Source: an uncultured Planctomycetota bacterium
GTDB lineage: Bacteria; Planctomycetota; Planctomycetia; Isosphaerales; Isosphaeraceae
NCBI GenBank assembly: GCA_963845755.1
Contig: CAWJTV010000035.1
Span: 1 to 64,000, forward strand
Direction: 5' to 3'
Length of the DNA stretch: 64,000 nucleotides
A program made the translations under genes and the position numbers. Under the pieces are notes generated by a model. It saw nothing but the letters and a program-made list of their open reading frames with translations, was not told where the DNA came from and ran no database searches. Of this stretch, positions 60,186 through 64,000 are shown piece after piece (the first letter of the stretch is position 1; each line of letters begins with the position of its first letter).

Positions 60186-62570
60186 ATGCAGATGATGCCT
60201 CCACGGATTCTCGCCTGGTTCTTCCTCTTTGCGGGCTTGCTGGTCGGTTCGGATGCTCTGGCACAGGCACCGAAAAAGGATGCCAAGCTCGCCGATTACT
60301 ACGGGTTCTTGCCGCTGGAGATCTACAAGCTCGAATACCGGATCGGCAACCTGCTCGTGAGGGACCTGGACGGCGATAAGGTCGACGACATCGCGGTCAG
60401 CAACAACGCACGGTCGCGGATCGACTTGCTTCTGAGCACCAAGAAGCCGGACGATGACCGGTCGAACCGTCCGTTCCGAAAGGATCCGAACGAGCTCCAG
60501 TACGATCGCCGTATGCGGTTGGTGAGCATTCCGGTGAACAAGGAGATTGTCAGCCTGGACGTGGGCGAGTTCAACGGCGATGGCAAACCCGACCTGGTCT
60601 TCTACGGCACGCCCGCCGAGGTGATGATCCTTTTCAACGAGGGCTCAGGCCGTTTCGGCAACCCCAAACGAATCAGTTCCGGCGATGCGTCCGCGGCAGC
60701 CAGCTCGCTGACCGTGGGCGACCTGGACCAGGACGGGAGGGATGACATTGCACTGCTCGCCGAGAACGAGTTGGTGTTCGTCTACCAGACGGCCCCGGGC
60801 ACGCTGAGCGAGCCCGAGCGCGTCCCCCATACTGCTTCCAAATCGTGGCTCATCAAGGCCGTGGACATCGACGGCAATGGTGCGAAGGACCTCGTCATCC
60901 TCGACACCGCAACGGACCATCCGATCCATATCCGATTCGCCACCGAGGAGAAGAAGCTCGGCCCCGAGCAGCGGTTCGCCGTCGAGGTCCCGCGCCGATC
61001 ACGTTCGGCCAAATCGACGGCCAGGGCGGTGTGGAAATCCTCACCATCGAGAATCAGTCGGGTCGGTCCAAGGTGCTGAGCCTGGACCGGTCGGGGACCG
61101 ACGAGGCGAACAAGTGGGGCCGCCTGGCGTTCTTCGGCCTGCCTCAAGGGGCTGAACGGGGCCGTTCGCTGGCCCTCGGAGACCTCAATGGCGACGGACG
61201 GAAAGATGTCGTCGTCACCGACCCATCCAATGCCCAGGTCTGGGTGTATCTCCAATCCGCACGATGGGGACTGGGTTACGGCCAGACGTTCCCCAGTCTG
61301 GTCGGCAGCGCGGACCGTCCTCCTCGCCGATCTGGACGGTGACCATGAGGACGAGGTCTTCGTCCTCTCGGAGCAGGAGAAGCAGATCGGCCAGTGCGAA
61401 TTCGCCCGAGGACGATTGAGCTTCCCCACTCCGCTTCCCATCGTCGGTGAGCCGGTCGCCATGGCCCTCTCGGATCTCGACGGCAACACAACCCCCGAGC
61501 TCCTCTACATGTCCCGGACCAAGCCGGGCGCCGACACCTTCGAGCTGCGCGCGCTCGTCCGCGATAAGAAAACCGGGGCCTTCGAGCCGTACAAATGGGG
61601 CGACGTCAGGTCGGTCCCACTCGCGGGAATCCGGGCGGTCCCCGCGGCCATCAAGAGCCTGGACATCAACAACGACGGCCAGGCGGATCTCCTGATCTTC
61701 AACTCATACGACCCGCCGCAGTTGCTCCTGGGAAAGAAGGGTGGTCCGCCGCAGCCTTACACGGGCGGGCTGGGGCCTCTGACCGGCGCAAAGCCGGAGG
61801 GCGTCAGCCTCATGAACCTTGAGGGACCGGCCGTGATCGTGGCCCAGAACACCTTCGCACGCCGCATTTCACTCGACGCGAAAAGCCACTGGGAGATCAA
61901 GGATCAGTATAACGCGGGTCGGAACTCGGCCCAGGTCCTCGGTGCCGCGGCGCTCGATCTCGATGGCAACGACTCGAAGGAGATCGCCCTCTTCGATCGC
62001 ACGAGTAAGTCCCTGTTGATCCTCGCCCAGAAAGACGGGGTATACCGGCCCAGCGGCCAACTGCTCGTCGGGGCCGTCAACTTCCAGGGCCTGCACGTGG
62101 CCGACTTCGACGGCGATGGGCGCGACGACCTGTTGATCGCCGGTAGCGATCGTTTCGGCGTCCTCCAGACCGGGCAGAAGGGTCAGAGGCTCAAGGCCAT
62201 CGCCAGTTATGAATCCAAGCGCAATGAGGCCAGGCTCGCCGACCTCGCCACCGGTGACGTCAACGGCGACGGCTGCCCCGATGTCATTTACACCGATATC
62301 GGCGAACAGTCACTGGAGATCGCCACGTTTGCCGGCGACAAGGACTTGATCCCGGCCATCAATTTCAAGATCTTCGAGCGTAAGACGTTTCATGGCGGCG
62401 GCGATATGATCGAGCCGCGCGACATGGGCATCGGCGACGTCGATGGCGACGGCCGCGCCGACCTGATCCTCGTCGTCCACGACCGCGTGCTGGTCTACCG
62501 ACAGGATCCCGGCCATTCCCCTTCGAAACCCGAATCCAAACCACCCGTCGCCGCTCGGTCAACACGATGA
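60186..62570 (+). CDS. Secreted FG-GAP/VCBS repeat beta-propeller protein; frameshifts near 60995 and 61310
   Basis: Signal peptide and many DxDGDGxxD motifs (DLDGDKVDD, EFNGDGKPD, DFDGDGRDD, DVDGDGRAD) across ORFs 60033..61079, 60845..61342 and 61188..62570. Confidence 0.85.
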
Positions 62571-62894
62571 AATGGATGGGATGAGGCAGCCGTCGGGCCA
62601 CGGCGGGACTCTCCCCACCCCGGCGAGCGTACGGATTCAAGTTGTGCCCTTGACTTCTCCGATGATCGCGGAGAGGAGTTCGGTGCCAGTGGTGCCGGCA
62701 GGGGCGCCTGCGCTGATCTTGACGAATCCCGCAAAGGGAGCGATACCTCTCGCACCGGTCCTTCTCTTGGCGGCCCATGCAGGGATGCACCTCGAGGGCA
62801 AGGAAGATTTGCGCGTGGATCACGTTGTCGGGCCGGAATCCAAGGCCGTGTCAGGATGGGAAGCCTGACCTACTCTATTGTGAGGAATCCACGG

Positions 62895-64000
62895 ATGGCC
62901 AGGGGTGCCCAGAATTCGCATTGGGTCGAGTACGTCGTCACCACGGTGATGCTGATCCTGGCCCTGCTGTTTCCTGTGGGATTGATGATCTTCAACCCCA
63001 CACTGATGTTCCAGCGCGGTTGGGAACAGTACGTGGGGACGGCCATCTATCTCTGGGCGATCCTGACGCTCGGACGGGAACTGTTCGGCCTCTGGCGTAA
63101 TGAGAAGGCATTTGAAGACGCCCCGGCTCTGCTCCGTCGCGTCAGCCGGGCTAACGCCCGTGATGCAAGTCAGGACGTTGCGACCCACGTGATCGAGATC
63201 CCCGAGGAGGAAAAACGCATCCTCCCCGGGCGCGTTCGTCAGTTGGTCAGCTATATCCAGGAGAGCCGAGCCCCTTCGGTCAGCCAGCTCATGGAGGTCA
63301 ACCGCGAGGGGTCGGGGCTCGACCAGGAACAGGTGTCCGGACGGTTCACGCTGACACGGTATATTCTCTATCTCCTGCCAGTCATTGGCTTTATCGGCAC
63401 GGTCGAAGGGATCTCCCGGGCATTGATGAACATTAGTATCGTACTGCCGGAGGTCAAGAACCTCGATGTGTTCCTGAAGAACCTGGGACGTGTGACCGAT
63501 GCCTTGCAGATCGCGTTCGACTCCACGCTCCTGGCCTTGTTTCTCAGCGCGGCCCTGATGCTGGTCCAGACCCTGGTGTTCCGCCGGTCGGAGGAACTGC
63601 TGGCCAAAGTGGATCGCTGGATCGTGGAACACGTGCTGCCGCGGTTGGGCAACGATGATCCGATGCTCGATCGGCTGGCCGACGCGATCGGACCGCGGCT
63701 GGACGAGCTAGGTGAGAAACTGGCGCGGCTGCTGGAACCCTCGGTCCGCTCGCTCCAGGAGCAGGCCGAGAAGCTAGGCGAGAGCCTGCGAGTCCCGATC
63801 GCGCAGTTCAGCACGGAAATCCAACGACTACCCGGGGCGTTCGGGTCGTTCGAGCAGGGGCGCAGATCATCGGGCGCATCGGGGCGGACCTGGAAGCGAT
63901 CGGGACGGCCAGCGACTCGCTCCGATACGGGGTTGCCAGCCTCAAACGGATCGAATCCTCCCTCGACGCGATGGGCCGGACGAGTGCCCAGCTCGACGAG
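62895..64000 (+). CDS. MotA/TolQ/ExbB proton-channel family protein with helical C-terminal tail; runs off the window
   Basis: Own translation from ATG 62895: MARGAQNSHW...YLLPVIGFIGTVEGIS...LQIAFDSTLLAL. Absent from the ORF track because no stop is reached; probable indel near 63860. Confidence 0.8.
   Translation, partial: MARGAQNSHWVEYVVTTVMLILALLFPVGLMIFNPTLMFQRGWEQYVGTAIYLWAILTLGRELFGLWRNEKAFEDAPALLRRVSRANARDASQDVATHVIEIPEEEKRILPGRVRQLVSYIQESRAPSVSQLMEVNREGSGLDQEQVSGRFTLTRYILYLLPVIGFIGTVEGISRALMNISIVLPEVKNLDVFLKNLGRVTDALQIAFDSTLLALFLSAALMLVQTLVFRRSEELLAKVDRWIVEHVLPRLGNDDPMLDRLADAIGPRLDELGEKLARLLEPSVRSLQEQAEKLGESLRVPIAQFSTEIQRLPGAFGSFEQGRRSSGASGRTWKRSGRPATRSDTGLPASNGSNPPSTRWAGRVPSST

Noticed and set aside
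1..64000. Widespread frameshifts as real pseudogenisation or programmed recoding
   Set aside because: Single-base indels hit unrelated genes (transposases, tadC, cpaF, BatA, kinase, FG-GAP) without in-frame stops or visible decay, which fits consensus errors. Only the IS3 A8-G site fits programmed frameshifting. Read polishing would settle it.
62895..64000. Calling the MotA-like gene zorA (Zorya defence)
   Set aside because: No ZorB/C/D/E visible, the gene is truncated, and similar proteins occur outside defence loci.

Overview
GC-rich bacterial DNA that looks planctomycete (Isosphaeraceae/Singulisphaera-like, inferred from DUF1501, DUF1583-type, LExRxxL-leader and ECF/Ser-Thr kinase genes). 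Many unrelated genes carry single-base frameshifts, most simply explained as long-read consensus errors. Contents in order: 3' part of a DUF1501 gene; a hairpin-flanked, non-DDE-looking putative mobile element whose protein has a Rep_trans-like motif and a C-terminal winged HTH; a palindromic-repeat hotspot; an IS1634 element; a giant (~4,000 aa reconstructed) secreted TPR/DUF1583-type gene, cleanly interrupted at a CTAG by a tandem IS plus MITE; a GGCTTCGTT motif array; an IS3 element; a MoxR-DUF58-BatA/VWA-VWA operon; an aldo/keto reductase; a Tad/Flp pilus cluster with no secretin gene; an atypical extended ECF sigma factor divergent from a kinase-NTPase-FGE-domain gene; a 2,713 aa surface protein with near-identical 495 bp repeats; a second ECF plus ZAS-kinase pair; an FG-GAP repeat protein; and a MotA/TolQ/ExbB-family gene running off the end. 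Heptamer-period palindromic repeats recur throughout, some translated in frame inside genes. No rRNA, tRNA or CRISPR array was recognised. All family assignments come from motif recognition by eye, not database searches.
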